From the NCBI GenBank assembly GCA_964016885.1, contig OZ024740.1:274598001-274662000 (forward strand): a stretch of DNA of 64,000 bases, read 5' to 3'. The DNA comes from Eledone cirrhosa (lineage: Eukaryota). Below the pieces are notes generated by a model. The model was given only the letters and a program-made list of their open reading frames with translations. It ran no database searches and was not told where the DNA came from. Position numbers and translations under genes: made by a program. Shown piece by piece: positions 43,320 to 56,821 of this stretch. Position 1 is the stretch's first letter. Every line of letters begins with the position of its first letter.

Positions 43320-44614
43320 CGTCTATGTGTGTGTGTGTGTGCTTGTGCGTGTGTATGCGTATAAATAGTTTTCAATCCATCTTTTCATATGGTCGTTTAA
43401 CACTCACCCTCTTCCCTCCACTCTTCCTTTTCTCCCTCCCCCTTTCTATTTGTCTCTTTCCCTCTCTTTCACTTTTTATCATTGGGGTAGTTTTACCTAT
43501 TTTCACTCACCTAAATGCTAACAACTGCCTTTTCCCCCCTGCCACACCACTCCACCCTGCCAACCAAAAGACTGTGAAATTTTGTGGGTGTTGGTGCCAG
43601 TGTTGGTGTTGGTGTTGGTGTTGGCGTTGTCATTGGAGTAGGAGTCACGTAGAGGAGGAACAACACTCTCACATTATTTCAAAAATCACCAAATAGACAC
43701 ATACATGCATCCACATACAAACACACACACATATACTCACATCCACATGCACTCATACATCTACATACACACACAAACACAGAAAAAATACTTATACGGG
43801 TAGGCTAAAAAGTTAATTGACTGAAAAGTTCATAGCTTGACCAAGATACTCTCATGCAATGACCAAATAAGGTTTATTTTTCAACATAGTCATTGGAAAG
43901 AAGCAATGTAGTTACTAATAAGAAGAGTTGAAATTTATGCATGCCACATTTCACAGCTCTAGCATAGTCAGCCAATGAACTTTTCCCCCAAACCCTCGCT
44001 CACACTTACACGTACAAACATAAACATATGATTCAATGAGGGAATCTTTACTAAGTCGACTCAATCTGCTAGAAACATTAACTAATCTTCCCCATATTTC
44101 TCTCAAATATACCCTCCCCACTGTCTTGAAAACAGAAAGAGTCATTAGACAAAGTTCTCCTAGATATACAAAAAGACAAGTCAGTCATGGCTTCAGCACC
44201 TTTATATTGAGCTAAATAACAATAGTTGATTGGGCTAAATAACAATAGCAATAACATCAAAATCACTCATAAATCCTGTGCACATACACCACATGGCCTA
44301 TATATTGTTAACCCTTCATACTTAATCAAAATATCTCCCACTTTTTTGTTAAGTCAAAAAAGGACATTAATTATTTGTCTTTATGTCTTTTGAGATTGAT
44401 GGTATGAAGATTTTTGTCAAAAAAGACACCTGACCCAAATGCAAACAGCAGAGGGACTGTCTTAAATGCACCCAATGTTTGCATATTAAATATATGTATA
44501 TTTATATAAACATTAGTGCAGTCTTGGTTACCCACTCTATATGTATATAGATATAACATATCGTCCACTTCGGTTGCTAGTGCACTTCTTAGTATATATA
44601 TATATATATATATG

Positions 44615-44888
44615 ACAAAATTCAGGACCCCGACAGCTGAGCTCCGGCCATTTCAACAGCTGGATTTGAACTGAAGTTCAGATCTAGCTGTTGAAATGGC
44701 CAGAGCTCAGCTGTCGGGGTCCTGAATTTTTTCGTATTACCCACTTTACTAACCCCAAGTATTGAGAATGGAGGCAGTAAAAACCAGTTAGACCATTACT
44801 CACCAGAGTACTCAATACTTGGGGTTAGTAGAGTGGGTAATACGAAAAAATTCAGGACCCCGACAGCTGAGCTATGGCCGTTTCAACA
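44615..44888. repeat. Double fold-back of a PLE-terminus sequence related to 60373-60490
   Basis: aaaattcaggaccccgacagctgagct occurs + at 44617, - at ~44704-44730 and + at ~44847. Confidence 0.85.
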
Positions 44889-44954
44889 TATATATATATA
44901 TATATATCCAATAAACGTAATGAAAGAGTAACCAATCGTCCTTGTTATCTTATT

Positions 44955-45021
<67 letters not shown>

Positions 45022-45075
45022 ATATATATATATATATATAGATAGATAGATATAGATATAGATATAGATATATAT

Positions 45076-45566
45076 AAATGGTCGGTTTGGAAGTTTCAAT
45101 AATGCAGATGGGTAAATCTCCGGGTAACAGAATCAGGTGGTAATGAGAGAGAAATGTAAGAGGAAGCATAGAAAGAGACATAGAGAGTGTAAAGGAATGT
45201 AGGAAAAGTGTAAAAAATGATAATAACACGACATACCTTGGAAGTGATTTAATAGTCCCAATATTTTGGACTTCGCATCCATCAACGGGGGCTCCGACAT
45301 AACTTTTTCCCCTAGGAAAACACCCAGTTGATGGATGCAAAATCCAAAATATAGGGACTATTAAATCACTTCCAAGGTAATTATTTTTTACACTTTTCCT
45401 GCATTCCATTTCGCTCTCTACATCTCTTTCTATGCTTCTTCCTTACATCTCTCTTTCATTACCACCTGATTCTTTACCCAGAGATTTATCCGTCTGCAAT
45501 GTTGAGGCATCCAAACCGACCATTTTTATTATTCCACAATGCTTCAAGCAAATTTCAACACTCTCA
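45076..45566. repeat. Diverged fold-back element (~210-bp arms, ~40-nt one-sided tail) in (TA)n
   Basis: aaatggtcggtttgg...gcatccatcaac versus gttgatggatgc...ccaaaccgaccattt. Confidence 0.85.
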
Positions 45567-45581
45567 TATATATATATATAA

Positions 45582-45830
45582 ATATGGCGTAGGACAGAAC
45601 AAAGGAGAGGCACAGAAACAAAGAAAGGAATCCCCAGTCACTGATGAGGTCACAGAGTGTGTGACGAAAGAACTATGACTATATATAAACAACTATCTGG
45701 TTGTGGAACCAACCAACCAACCAGAAATTTATAAATTTATAAACTTATAAATTTATAAATATATAATAAATTGAAGTGAAAGCAACTGGTGCGTGTGTTT
45801 CTTATTGGCAACATGACCCTCCCAAAGTAT

Positions 45831-45836
<6 letters not shown>
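45582..45836 (+). mobile_element. Solo pLTR of the second PLE family with HHR at 45636-45680
   Basis: Matches ~26118-26372; AGTCA-CTGATGA-..-GAAA-GAAC-TA-TGACT. Confidence 0.92.
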
Positions 45837-45879
<43 letters not shown>

Positions 45880-46095
45880 CAGCTGTAAAAGTCCCAGTCA
45901 AATTGTAGTTGCATCTTAGCAAGGTTCGGCGTGACCAATCTGGCCAGACTTGTCTCATGTTGTGGATGACCCATGCAAGCATGGAACATGAACATTAAAG
46001 AGTGATGATGATGATGTTATATGTAATCTATATATATAATGTATCTATGTATGTCTATGAACTGTATGTGTATGAGCTGTGTATGAGCATTGCTT

Positions 46096-46390
46096 TCATC
46101 ATCATCATCATCATCATCATTTTACGTCCGCTTTTCCCTGTTTGCAAGGGTGGGACAAGTCCTATTCAGCACAGCATCTCTCCACTTATCACGGTCCTTC
46201 GTCATCTCCTCTGTGAGTTTCAGTGATCTGGGGTCTACTCTCACCACCTCTGCCCATGTTTTTCGTGGTCTTCCTCTACTGCGTCTTCCTTTTATTGCGA
46301 TTTCTTGGCACTTCTTTACTCAGCAGTCATACTCCATGCACATCACATGTCCATACCATCTCAGTCTGCTCTCCTGCACACCACAACTTA
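46096..46390 (-). mobile_element. RTE 3' fragment (short-UTR subfamily)
   Basis: Minus strand reads RLRWYGHV and GRPRKTWAEVV; (CAT)n tail. Confidence 0.8.
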
Positions 46391-46974
46391 TCATAGATGT
46401 TAAAATATACATCCCTTTTGAAGCAGTCAAAACAAATATCTGCTATTGTATATAAACATTTAGATGTATATGAAACTAATGGCAATGCAAATATAAATTA
46501 AACTGTTAATACATAAATTTAACCTCCATATTATGTGTTGACTGCACTTTTCAGATATATCATCATCATCATCATCATCATTGATTAACATCTATCTTCC
46601 ATGCTAGCATGGGTTAGATGGGTTTGTCCCATTTAGTTGGGTCGGTTGACCATGTCTCACTCATATAGAAGTGTTTCTGGCAGGTTTTCTATGGCTGGAT
46701 GCCCTTCCTAACGCCAACCACATTGACAGTGTGTGGCGGTTGCTTTTTTCCATGTCTTTTACACGTCCACTTTACAGTGTGGGCTGGATGCTTTTGTCGT
46801 GACACCTACATGATCACTTTACAGTGTGGGCTGGATGATTGTGGTACCAGCATAATATACATATATATATATTTGCATGCATATACATATACCATATATA
46901 TGCAATATATATATACACGTATCATACATATACATACACACTTCATATATATACACACATAAATATATCATTAA

Positions 46975-48186
46975 CCTCATCAGTTAACGTCCATCATTCA
47001 TGGATAGGACGGATTAACCCTTGTTTAGCTCCCTTGTTTAGCAGATTTGGGCTTGGTTTCTACAGCTGGGTGTCCTTCTAACCACTAATCACATTTACAG
47101 TGTGTGCTGGGTGCTTTTTGTCATGTCACCCACACGACCACATTACAGTGTGGACTGGGCACTTTTTGCCATGACACTGACATGACCAACTTACAGTGTG
47201 GACTGGGCACTTTTCTCATGTCACTGACATGACCAGTTTACAGTGGGGCATGGGCACTTTTGTCTTGGGGCGAAGAAGCTTGGGAAATCATGGACAGGGT
47301 AGTAGGGGGGAGGTATGGTTACTGCTAAGGGAGGTGAATGAGAGGGGAGAAGTTTGAGGAAGGTGTTGCCTACTAGGTATAAGCCACAGCCTGAGAATAA
47401 TAGAGGGCAGGTCTTCTGTAAAACTGCATAGTGCCAGAGGTCATGGTCCTGTGTCATTCCCATTGAGAGGTGTAATTGTGCAAGGTCAGCTTTAATTACC
47501 TCATCCCAAGTCTTTCTGGGCCTGCCCATACCATGGCTACCATCAACTTTGAGCGACTTATTTTACAGCTGTCATCCTTCATATGCATCACATGTCCATA
47601 CCAATGCAATCTCCTCTCCTGCACACAACAACTGATCCCTCTTATGCCTAATTTTTCACACAGTGTATTTATACATTGCCGTTCATGTATATTGCTATTG
47701 CACATCCAATGAAGCATGGAGGCTTCATTTCTTTCCAATTTTTGCAGGTCCTCAGCACACAGTGCCAAGGTCTCGCTGCTGTGCAACATTGTTGTTTGTA
47801 TACATGCATCATAGTCTGCCTTTCATTTTGAGAGAAAAAACTTTTGTAGTTAGTAACGGTAGTAGCTCCCTGAACTTTCTCCAGCCTGATCTCACTCTGG
47901 TTACTGTGCTTTCAGACACCCTCCCCACTACTGATTTGGTCACCCAGATAACGGAAACTAGCTACCACTTCAACCGAGCCCTCTGAGCATTTGAAGCCGG
48001 TTCTATCCTGAGGGTTCTTGCTACTTACTGCCCTTGTGCACCAGCCACAAATAAAACCTACCTTCTTTGTTAGCCTGCCTGAGATCCCACTACATCTCTT
48101 GTGTACCCATTGCTGGCATTTGGTGCAGAGAATGGAATTTATACCTACTCCTTTTCGGCACACTGAGCAGGGCCATTTCCCAGAGG
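46975..48186 (-). mobile_element. Degenerate RTE 3' part (PHD-like finger to 3' UTR with ~45-bp tandem units)
   Basis: WPCSVCRKGVGINSILCTKCQQWVHKRCSG; GRPRKTWDEVI; repeats of ttacagtgtggactgggcacttt at 47095-47260. Confidence 0.9.
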
Positions 48187-48228
48187 ATATATATATAGAG
48201 AGAGAAAGAGAGAGATGTATACACACAT

Positions 48229-48261
<33 letters not shown>

Positions 48262-49340
48262 TATATATATATATACTGCAGAATTGACTTTGATCCTACT
48301 TACTTTTATTTACTCTCTGCACATTACAGCTGCTTTAACTCTGGAATACACCACAACACAGTAAGGACCTTGCAACAACATCATTGATTACTTAAAACGG
48401 CAAGCCACCACCTGTAAGTCTAGTTACACACTTACATAGCATATATATATATACACACACACATTATTAACAAAATTCATAAGAGTGATCATGATGAACT
48501 TCTGCAATTTACAGTTACATTTACATATAAGTATGTGACATAACTAACAAATTATTCTTACCGAAATAAAGAAATATTTATCAACAGCTTCAGTTTATCA
48601 GTTTAATTCAGATTTCAGACTCCACGCTCAATTTCTTCAGTAATTCCGAGGAATCAAAACGAGACTGAAAATTATTGATGGCAATAATAACCCTATTGGC
48701 TAACTTGTCAATTTAATAGACTCAGGTCATGAAGCATATTCTATTGGCCGACAACTAAATTCTATCTTTTATAAGTTTCATAAAGATATATGAATTTTGA
48801 CGATTGCTTATTTTGTTGGTTGTCAGCTTGTTTTCTGTGGTAATTACTGCTACATATAGTATACAAAATGAATTGGTTACAGTGATTTTCAACCATTCTG
48901 CCCCCACTAGTTTTCATTCATTGCAAGAATTTGGGAGTATTTAGTGTCTCACTCAATTAATTTCTATTGTCGCTAATTACAAACCATTTATTTGCTTTGC
49001 TTGTAGAACAAGAATTACTTGATTTACTTCTGCCATTTCTTCAGACAAAACTATTTCATGACTCACCCACCCACCCGAAACCCTACACCAAAACAAACCA
49101 AGCCAAACTAATCTGAATTGAAAGGTTGTAGTCCAGTTAAACAGAAAACTGTAATGTTTTAATACAGTAGAGATCATTTTGCACACACACACACTCACAC
49201 ACACACGTACACACACATACATTCACACAAACACACACACACACAAACATATCCTTGTGTGCATGTTTGTATGAACATAAATATCTATGTATACAATATG
49301 TATATATGTTGGTATCTTTCTTTCTCTCTTTTTCCCTCAT

Positions 49341-49404
<64 letters not shown>

Positions 49405-49463
49405 GTATATATATATATCATACATATATGCATTGTACACATATCTATATATATTTGTATCAT

Positions 49464-49495
<32 letters not shown>

Positions 49496-50645
49496 GAGGA
49501 AAAGATAGATATAGATAGATAGAGAGATAGAGAGAGAGAGAGGGGGGAGAGAGAAAGAGAGAGTTATAGAGAGATAGAGGACTAGAGAGAGAGAGAGGAA
49601 GTGAGAGAGAGCGATGGTAACAGTTTTCTGAACCATAACGTTGAAGATCTCTTGACTTAAGAATACTATTCATTAGGGTAGTGAAAAAGATATACAATTT
49701 CCTGATTTATTTTTATTTTCACATTTATTTATTTATATATACATTTTTTTAAATCTTTAGATCCCAAATGATCAATATATATAATGATTTACGCTTGATA
49801 ATTTTCTCAATAATAAGTTAATGATTTCTCCCTGTCTTTCTTTTAAAAAAGACAACTTCAGCATATGTGGAGTTTTCAAGGTTGAATTAGTTTGTAAGTA
49901 TATAATGAGGAATGCACATATTTCTCAGCAGTGAAAACGATGAGAAATGAAGTATTAAAAAGAATTTAGTTTTAGATGTCGAAAAATACATGTAAATTTA
50001 TATAATAAAAAATAATGATTTCTTTCATTGGTATAAGGCGGCAAATTTATAAATGTGATATATCTGTATATGCCTATATCTATATCTATCTATTTATCTA
50101 TCTATCTATATAACGTGTAGGGATTTCACTTGTTAATGTTTTACTGTGTTGACCATCACATACGGTGATAGCCGACATGGACTGGAATCAAATTCTGTCG
50201 ATTGATTGGTTATTGATTAGGTGAAGCCGCTGATGAAGACACATGCGTCGATTGCGCATTGTTGCTTAATAAATGCAGAAAGTAGATGCTGTGCACTCTA
50301 TTGCTGCATTAAGTGTGGCCGAACCTCGAGTATGGGTAAAGGTTGAAGGTACCCATTTACGTGTGTTATATTGAAGTGAATAAATATGTGTCTACTCTAG
50401 GAGTTTATTTAACATTGACTATTGAGTATGTTGAGATGCAACGGGTCCTAGCAGTGAAACCCATGTTAGTTCCAACAACTTATTATCTATATATATATAC
50501 ACAACATATTATATATATTATATATATATATAATATATATATATTAAATTGTTAAACAATATTCAATGATTATGTCAAAGAATCAGTTTTACAGTAGATT
50601 GGAAGCACTCAACGGTTAAAAAAAAAATAATTTTCAGGAGTTATT

Positions 50646-51002
50646 AATATTAAAATATAAGTATTAATAAAATAGATGTTCTTTTGATCAATTACATTTT
50701 ATTATACATATTTTGGATGTACAACCTTGATTACATCTTAACCATTTAACATCTCAGGGTATGTCATGTATCATTATATTTTGTCTGATTTTGTTCAAAT
50801 CCCGTCGAGGTTAACTTTCATCCTTACGGGGTCGATAAAATAAAGTACCAGTAATGTACTGGGTAATTGCTGGCCTTGTGCCTAAAGTAGAAACAATTAT
50901 ATTTTGTCTGATGAGGACGTACTGTTGTACATCTGAAATATGTATAATAAAATGTAATTGATCAAAAGAACATCTATTTTATTAATACTTATATTTTAAT
51001 AT

Positions 51003-51003
<1 letters not shown>
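50646..51003. mobile_element. Small HHR-bearing fold-back interrupted by a SINE
   Basis: 50646-50725 is inverted at ~50924-51003; HHR 50901-50953 ATTTTGT-CTGATGA-GGA..TCT-GAAA-TAtgTA-TA-ATAAAAT. Confidence 0.8.
50790..50895 (+). mobile_element. 5'-truncated Deu/Nin-domain SINE with 17-bp target-site duplication
   Basis: B box GTTCAAATCC; ctttcatccttacggggtcgataaaataaagtaccag; ATTATATTTTGTCTGAT at 50773-50789 and 50896-50912. Confidence 0.85.
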
Positions 51004-51038
<35 letters not shown>

Positions 51039-51109
51039 TATATATATATATTATATATATATATTATATATATATATATATTATATATATATATTATATA
51101 TATATATAT

Positions 51110-51142
<33 letters not shown>

Positions 51143-51154
51143 ATATATATATTG

Positions 51155-51190
<36 letters not shown>

Positions 51191-51369
51191 ATTATATATA
51201 TATATTATATATATATATATATTATATATATATATATATTATATATATATATATATTATATATATATATATATATTATATATATATATATATATTATATA
51301 TATATATATATATTATATATATATATTATATATATAGATATATTATATATATTATATATATATATATAT

Positions 51370-51401
<32 letters not shown>

Positions 51402-51595
51402 ATATATTGTATATATATATATATTGTATATATATATATATTGTATATATATATATATATATCATCATCATCATCATCAACATCTTACGTCCGCTTTTCC
51501 CTGCTAGCAAGGGTGGGACGGGTCTTATTCAGCACAGCATCTCTGTATATATATATATCATCTATATATATATACATCTATATATATACATCATC

Positions 51596-51631
<36 letters not shown>

Positions 51632-51814
51632 ATATATTTTTTTTCCTTTCCTATCAACTCCTCTCCTCCCTCCCTCTCAGAGTTCCTCCCTATCTTCCTA
51701 ATGAAGGACTTACATCACAACCTCCCCCACGCTCACCAAGCATGAAACTAATAAAACTCTGTACTATTGACTCCTGCGTTTGTTTGTTTATTTGTCCTTT
51801 TGAACTATATATAC

Positions 51815-51849
<35 letters not shown>

Positions 51850-52132
51850 CTCACATATATATATATTGACAGAGAGAGAGAGAAAGAAAGAAAGAGAGAG
51901 AGAGGTAAGAACCCAAGCATGACACCAAACAGTTTCCGCTTGTGTTCAGCAAGCCTTTTCAACACACAAGTCAAAACTCTTTGGCATCGCAGTTGGGTTC
52001 ATAGCTCTTTCCATACCCCCTCTGCATCTCCCCATGCATTGAGTACTCCATGATTTGTAGTCTACCTGGTCTCAGTGCCACAGACTCACTCTCTCTCTCT
52101 CTCTCTCTACATATATATATATATATATATAT

Positions 52133-52400
52133 GGAGTCACATGGCTTAGTGGTTAGAGCATTGGCCTTGCAATCGAAAGATTGTGAGTTCAATTCTCTGA
52201 CCGGGTGACTGGGGTCCCTATCATTCCACTGCAAAGTGGTCGTGGAGGTGCCACGGCAAAAAAGCACCCAGCACTCACTGTAAATGAGGTTGGTGTTAGG
52301 AAGGGCATCCAGCTGTAGAAATCAAACCAGAATCAGTTCCCGTCCCACCCTTGCAAGCAGGGAAAAAGCGGGCGTAAAATGATGATGAGGATGATGATGA
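52133..52400 (+). mobile_element. Full-length tRNA-derived SINE with RTE-derived 3' end
   Basis: A box TGGCTTAGTGG, B box GAGTTCAATTC; 3' part shared with the RTE 3' UTR; (ATG)n tail. Confidence 0.88.
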
Positions 52401-52555
52401 TATATATATATACATACATATGTATACATATGTATATATACATATATATGTAGAAGAGATATTTAATTTGTTGGAAATCCAACAAATATAGATGTTTATT
52501 ACTGATTCAGAGCACTATTTAATATCATTGAATTATATACATATATATATATATA

Positions 52556-52740
52556 TAACAAAGGAATTTTGGTAAGGAACCAGATGGACCATAACGCACC
52601 AGAGTACTCAATACTTGAGGTAGTAGAGTGGGTAATAGGAAAAAGTATGACCCCGACGGCAGAGCTGAAGCCGTTTTGACGGCAGAGCTTAAGCCGTTTC
52701 CAGAAATAGCCGTCGAAATTGCCCATTTCTCAGATATGAA
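52556..52740 (-). mobile_element. PLE 3'-terminal fragment related to 60373-60490
   Basis: ggtaaggaaccagatggaccat...gtactcaatactt...agtagagtgggtaatagga...gaccccgacggc. Confidence 0.8.
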
Positions 52741-53077
52741 ATAGTTGGGATTGGCTTATATTTGTATCAGCTTCTATTCGAGTTTATCAAGTATATAAGG
52801 TTTATATACATATAAACAATTTTAAGAAAAAATCATCTGGGGAATGATAGGCTGCTAGTCAATAATAATACCAATGAATGAAAATTTGAACAACCAATGA
52901 ATTGGCAAATGAAATGCCCTAATAAAAGAACATTTAGAAATAAGTGTATAGGCAAAAAATCAACCTGTTCTAATGTATATAAAACCAGTCGAAAATACAA
53001 GAAAATTGTTCCCAAATGAGTAGAGTGAAAATCAGGTTGTTTAAAAAAGAATTCAGTATCAATAATTATCAACAAAT

Positions 53078-53125
<48 letters not shown>

Positions 53126-54285
53126 GAATATTGATGAGAGTTAGTTGTACTCATTTACTAGGTGTTTTGGTGTCTTTTAGCTTAATGCAATGATAGGGAT
53201 CATACAGAGCTGTTATATACTTACAGTTTATTTACAAACCAAAGAATTTAAGGGTTCAAGGCATTTAATAACTGACAATTGCTTCTACTCAGATTACGCT
53301 ATATAACAAATCATTTTACTTAACAATTTTCCATTAGTGAGTATAGACCATGGGTGTCATCAGAGTTTAATTAAAATACCAATACAATTCACTTGGTGTA
53401 ATTGTAGCGTAACTGTCTGTCAGACAGCAGATGTGATTTCAAGTCCCACAGGCAATATCTACTTTTTCCATCTCTAGAGCCTTATGTGCCCAACTTGTTC
53501 AAAGGATGGTGGATTGGTAGAATTGTTAGAGCATCAGACAAATGTTTAGCTGTATTTGTTCCAGCTATTTACAACCAGTAAAGAGCCAATGTTGATATGA
53601 CCAGCTTGGCCCTTTCCCCAAATTGCTGGCCTGGTGCTAAAATTTTGAAACTATTATTGCATGAGCTTAATATTTATAATCTACTATCTATGAAGGATTT
53701 GTAGCAGACACCTAACACACCCAGAATAATCACACCACAAGAATACACAAAAATGGCAGTAGCAATGGCAGTGACATAGCTCGAGTATGTGCCACTCGGG
53801 AGTAGGGGGAAGCCCTTAAGTTTGTGGCTCCTCTCCACCCCTTTTCTTTCAATACATCTGATACAGGCTTATACAACAGGACCAAATATGGTGCCCTCTA
53901 AAACTGCCCTCTTTTTCTCTAACAATGCTACTGGACAGTGGAAGTCAGCTATAACAGTTCCTCTCCTAACTTAGTTTTTGCCCAGTTTATCAAATATCCA
54001 GCATAACTGTGTATGGATTAACAAAGTTTCATCGTATAGATCTAATTATTTTGCACAAGAAAAACACTTTTCCTGACATAACAATCCTATACAGCAGTAA
54101 ATATTACAATAACCGACAATAAAATAAACACATACACACACATACACACACATACAAATAAATGCACACATACATACAGAGTTACACAACATTCCATTTG
54201 AGTGAACAAATCTTAGTATAAAAGTAAAGATGGACATAAAATATACTTTGAACATTTTTTACGTGCGCACATGTTTGTATGTTTG

Positions 54286-54316
<31 letters not shown>

Positions 54317-54343
54317 ATGTGTGTGCGTGCGAGTGAGTGTGTG

Positions 54344-54426
<83 letters not shown>

Positions 54427-56306
54427 GTATGTATGTATAATATATATTTACATACATATATTCATATATATATATATATATATATATGAATATATGTATG
54501 TAAATATATATTATACATACATACATATATATATATATACACACACACACACTCGCACGCACACACACTTGCACGCACACACACACATATATAGATATAT
54601 ATATGTGTGTGTGTGTGTATATATATATTTATATGTACATGCATACATACATACATATAATAAATAAATCTAAACTATATTCAGGATTCACACTTATCAA
54701 GAATATATGTATAACTTATTTACTTATTTTCTGTGAGGCGTAAACACGATACAAACAAAAATAATAAAATAATAAAAATAAAATAAAACAAAAGTTAACC
54801 CTAAGCTTTCCACCCACCCACCACATTACACACACATACCACCCCACCACAAACACACAGACACAGAGAAACACCGAATTTTAACTAATGCGTCATACAG
54901 AGTCATAAAAGAGCTATAATACATAGAAGTGATAATGGATTTGTTACACTAGTTATATATTACATACACTCAACTTGTCCTTCAATAATTCTGTCTCTTG
55001 GTTGTTTTAACTGATTGCATTATTCATTTATGTCATTATACTGCTTTCTTTCTTCTTCTTCTTGTTTTTTTTTTGTTTTTCTTTTGGTCTATTATTTTTC
55101 AGAAAAGAGTTATTGTTTGTGTTGTTGTTGTTTTCTTTTCGAAAAAGAGTTATTGTTCTTGTTTTTCTTTTTTTTTTCATTTTTATTTTACATAATTCTT
55201 CGTAGTTGTTAAAAAAAAAAATTCTTCTAAGTTATTTTTCATCATTATTAATATTTTTTTAAACAAATGTTATAGCTATGAGAATCAAAATATATAAACT
55301 TTAAAATATAGATTACAAAAGTAAACATTACCATTATTATTATTATTATTACTATTATTATCGTTGTTATTATTATTAATGGTAAAAAGAATTTACCATT
55401 ATAAAACATGAAATTCAAATAATATTTTTACTATTATTATCTACTGGGTTGTTTTGGGTAGTTTTTTTTTAGGTATTTTTTAAAATAAATTATTTTGTGT
55501 CTGTGAAAACCCAACATACCAGCCATCAATAATTAAATATAAAAATATATATATTTTATACATTTTTTTTTTAAATAAGGAATACAAAAGATTTTATTTT
55601 TTCAATTTTTTATTTTTTTATTTTGTGTGTGACAATGTTTGTGCTATCCTTTATTCAGTGTGTTTATAATAAATTTGTTTTAAAATATTACACGTTTGCT
55701 TTAAAAAAAAAACCATTTTTAAAATGAAATATGAAAATAAAGTTTCCATATAAATATAAATAGAAAAAAAGTAAATTTTCATTCCCACCCTCCCCCCAAA
55801 AAAATGTCGCAATTTATTTTATTTACTTCAACTATTTTTGCTGTAAGTGTTACTAAGATCTGCAATCAGCTCTCTTTCATTCTTTCTTCTTTCTTTCATA
55901 AACTTATTCTTTTATAGTTTTTTCTTCTCAATCATTTTGTTCATTTCTCATTCTTTCTACTTTTCTCTTTTCTGTATACTAGTCATTTTCTTTTTATATA
56001 TAATTTATTCTTTATTCTTACACTCCCACTTTATGCCCACTTCTTTATCTGACACTTTTCATTCTTTCATTACCATTTGGTCAGTTTACCTTTCCTGCCT
56101 TCTTCCTCATTTCTGTGTATCTCTGTTCTCTCTTGCTTATATATATATATATATATATATATACTTCCCACAGGTACAAGCCAAAGCTGAAGCAACCCCC
56201 TCCCACTGCAAGGTTACCTGACATTGCACTGCCCACAACAGGACAACCCATCCAACCCATGCTAGCGTGGAAGAATGGACGTAAAATGGTGATGATGATG
56301 ATGATG

Positions 56307-56337
<31 letters not shown>

Positions 56338-56348
56338 CGTGTGCGTGC

Positions 56349-56384
<36 letters not shown>

Positions 56385-56393
56385 GTGAGTAAA

Positions 56394-56821
56394 TTAATCC
56401 TTTAGCATTTAAACCGGCCCTATCCGGCCACAATTCTCACACTTCTTTCTGTTCAAATTGCTTGTAAGTGGCTGCTCATACTTATGTTAAGTTATTGTTC
56501 TCAAAATATATAATATCAAAATCTCATAGATTCCATATTATGTGAGATACTTGTGTGAGGTAAAGCCATTGCCATAAAAATATAATTGTTTCTACTTTAG
56601 GCACAAGGCCAGCAATTACCCAGTGCATTACTGGTACTTTTATTTTATCGACCCCGTAAGGATGAAAGGCAAAGTCAACCTCGGCGGGATTTGAACTCAG
56701 ATCGTAAAGGGACGTAACTATGCTGGAAAGCATGGCGTCCGACCCTCTACCGATACTGCCAATCCATTGCCATAAAAATATAATGGTAAATAAAGTATAA
56801 TAATAAATGCTAAATGGTTAA
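56394..56821 (+). mobile_element. piggyBac-type MITE (family of 38328) carrying a nested SINE
   Basis: ttaatcctttagcatttaaacc ... taaatgctaaatggttaa; internal similarity to 38340-38540. Confidence 0.8.
56587..56763 (-). mobile_element. tRNA-headed Deu/Nin-domain SINE with ~21-bp flanking direct repeat
   Basis: A box TGGCAGTATCGG, B box GAGTTCAAATCC, gcctttcatccttacggggtcgataaaat; CCATTGCCATAAAAATATAAT on both sides. Decayed relatives at ~38795-38985, 39710-39810, 53505-53650 and 57030-57235. Confidence 0.87.

Noticed and set aside
47095-47260. CRISPR-like repeat array
   Set aside because: Whole units are repeated with no unique spacers; it is a minisatellite in an RTE 3' UTR in eukaryotic context.
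52133-52205. tRNA gene
   Set aside because: A and B boxes are present, but there is no closing acceptor stem and the sequence runs directly into a SINE body.
54700-55850. Possible long 3' UTR of a host gene
   Set aside because: Only compositional resemblance (A/T runs, AATAAA); no linked coding exon.
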